DNA of 15,005 nucleotides from Pseudobdellovibrionaceae bacterium (GTDB lineage Bacteria; Bdellovibrionota; Bdellovibrionia; Bdellovibrionales; Bdellovibrionaceae): NCBI GenBank assembly GCA_050186175.1, contig JBFWYS010000030.1, positions 1 to 15,005 of the forward strand, read 5' to 3'. Shown piece by piece: positions 14,879 to 15,005 of this stretch (position 1 is its first letter; each line of letters starts with the position of its first letter). The notes under the pieces were generated by a model. It saw only the letters and a program-made list of their open reading frames with translations, ran no database searches and was not told where the DNA came from. The position numbers and the translations under genes were made by a program.

Positions 14879-15005
14879 ATGTTCGAAAGTCATCATGAGC
14901 AGTTTTGCAAAGAATATGTGGTAAAAATAAGAGACAACATACAGAGATTTGGTATTGACCTTACAGACATTCAAATGAGAGTAGTCGAAGGAGTTTTGCA
15001 GGGCT
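14879..15005 (+). CDS. 5' end of a gene running off the right edge (frame open from 14756; first ATG at 14879), possibly a Rep_3-type replication initiator
   Basis: The reading frame is open to the window end, and the translation is MFESHHEQFCKEYVVKIRDNIQRFGIDLTDIQMRVVEGVLQG. The stretch DNIQRFGIDLTDIQMRVV loosely matches the Rep_3 N-terminal pattern SN.LIEA.Y.LTL.EQRL.L. It sits directly downstream of the iterons. The overlapping alternative ORF 14736..14924 cannot be excluded. Confidence 0.3.
   Translation, partial: MFESHHEQFCKEYVVKIRDNIQRFGIDLTDIQMRVVEGVLQG

Noticed and set aside
14736-14924. ORF 14736..14924 (+), TTG start, 62 aa
   Set aside because: It overlaps the other open frame that continues to the window edge. 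It has a Lys-rich low-complexity composition. It is kept as a possible alternative to the partial Rep-like call, which is itself low-confidence.

Overview
AT-rich window (roughly 35% GC by eye) with the gene content of a Chlamydia-like, probably amoeba-associated, bacterium. It carries a chlamydial-type HU gene, a MOMP-like outer-membrane beta-barrel ending in Phe, an ankyrin-repeat protein and many small hypothetical membrane proteins. Recognisable genes are an SPFH/band-7 protein (110..835, -), a four-gene block of hypothetical and membrane proteins (1066..2820, +), a MOMP-like OMP followed by a right-handed beta-helix protein (2873..5038, +), a DUF985 cupin (5068..5556, +) and a minus-strand operon of a class I SAM methyltransferase, an MFS transporter and a highly divergent S-adenosylhomocysteine-hydrolase-fold protein (8567..5572). 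Also present are a truncated paralogous MFS fragment, two hypothetical polytopic membrane proteins, a membrane-protein plus ankyrin-repeat reading frame interrupted by in-frame TAG codons, an HU gene interrupted by an in-frame TAA at codon 8, and a ribbon-helix-helix (ParG/CopG-like) gene. At the right edge sit an AT-rich stretch, an array of six iteron-like ~22-bp direct repeats and the start of a possibly Rep-like gene. The three things most worth a second look are: the methyltransferase / MFS / pseudo-SAHH operon; the plasmid-like iteron, RHH and Rep module; and the cluster of nonsense-interrupted but otherwise intact genes (ANK, HU, MFS fragment). No rRNA, tRNA or CRISPR was found.
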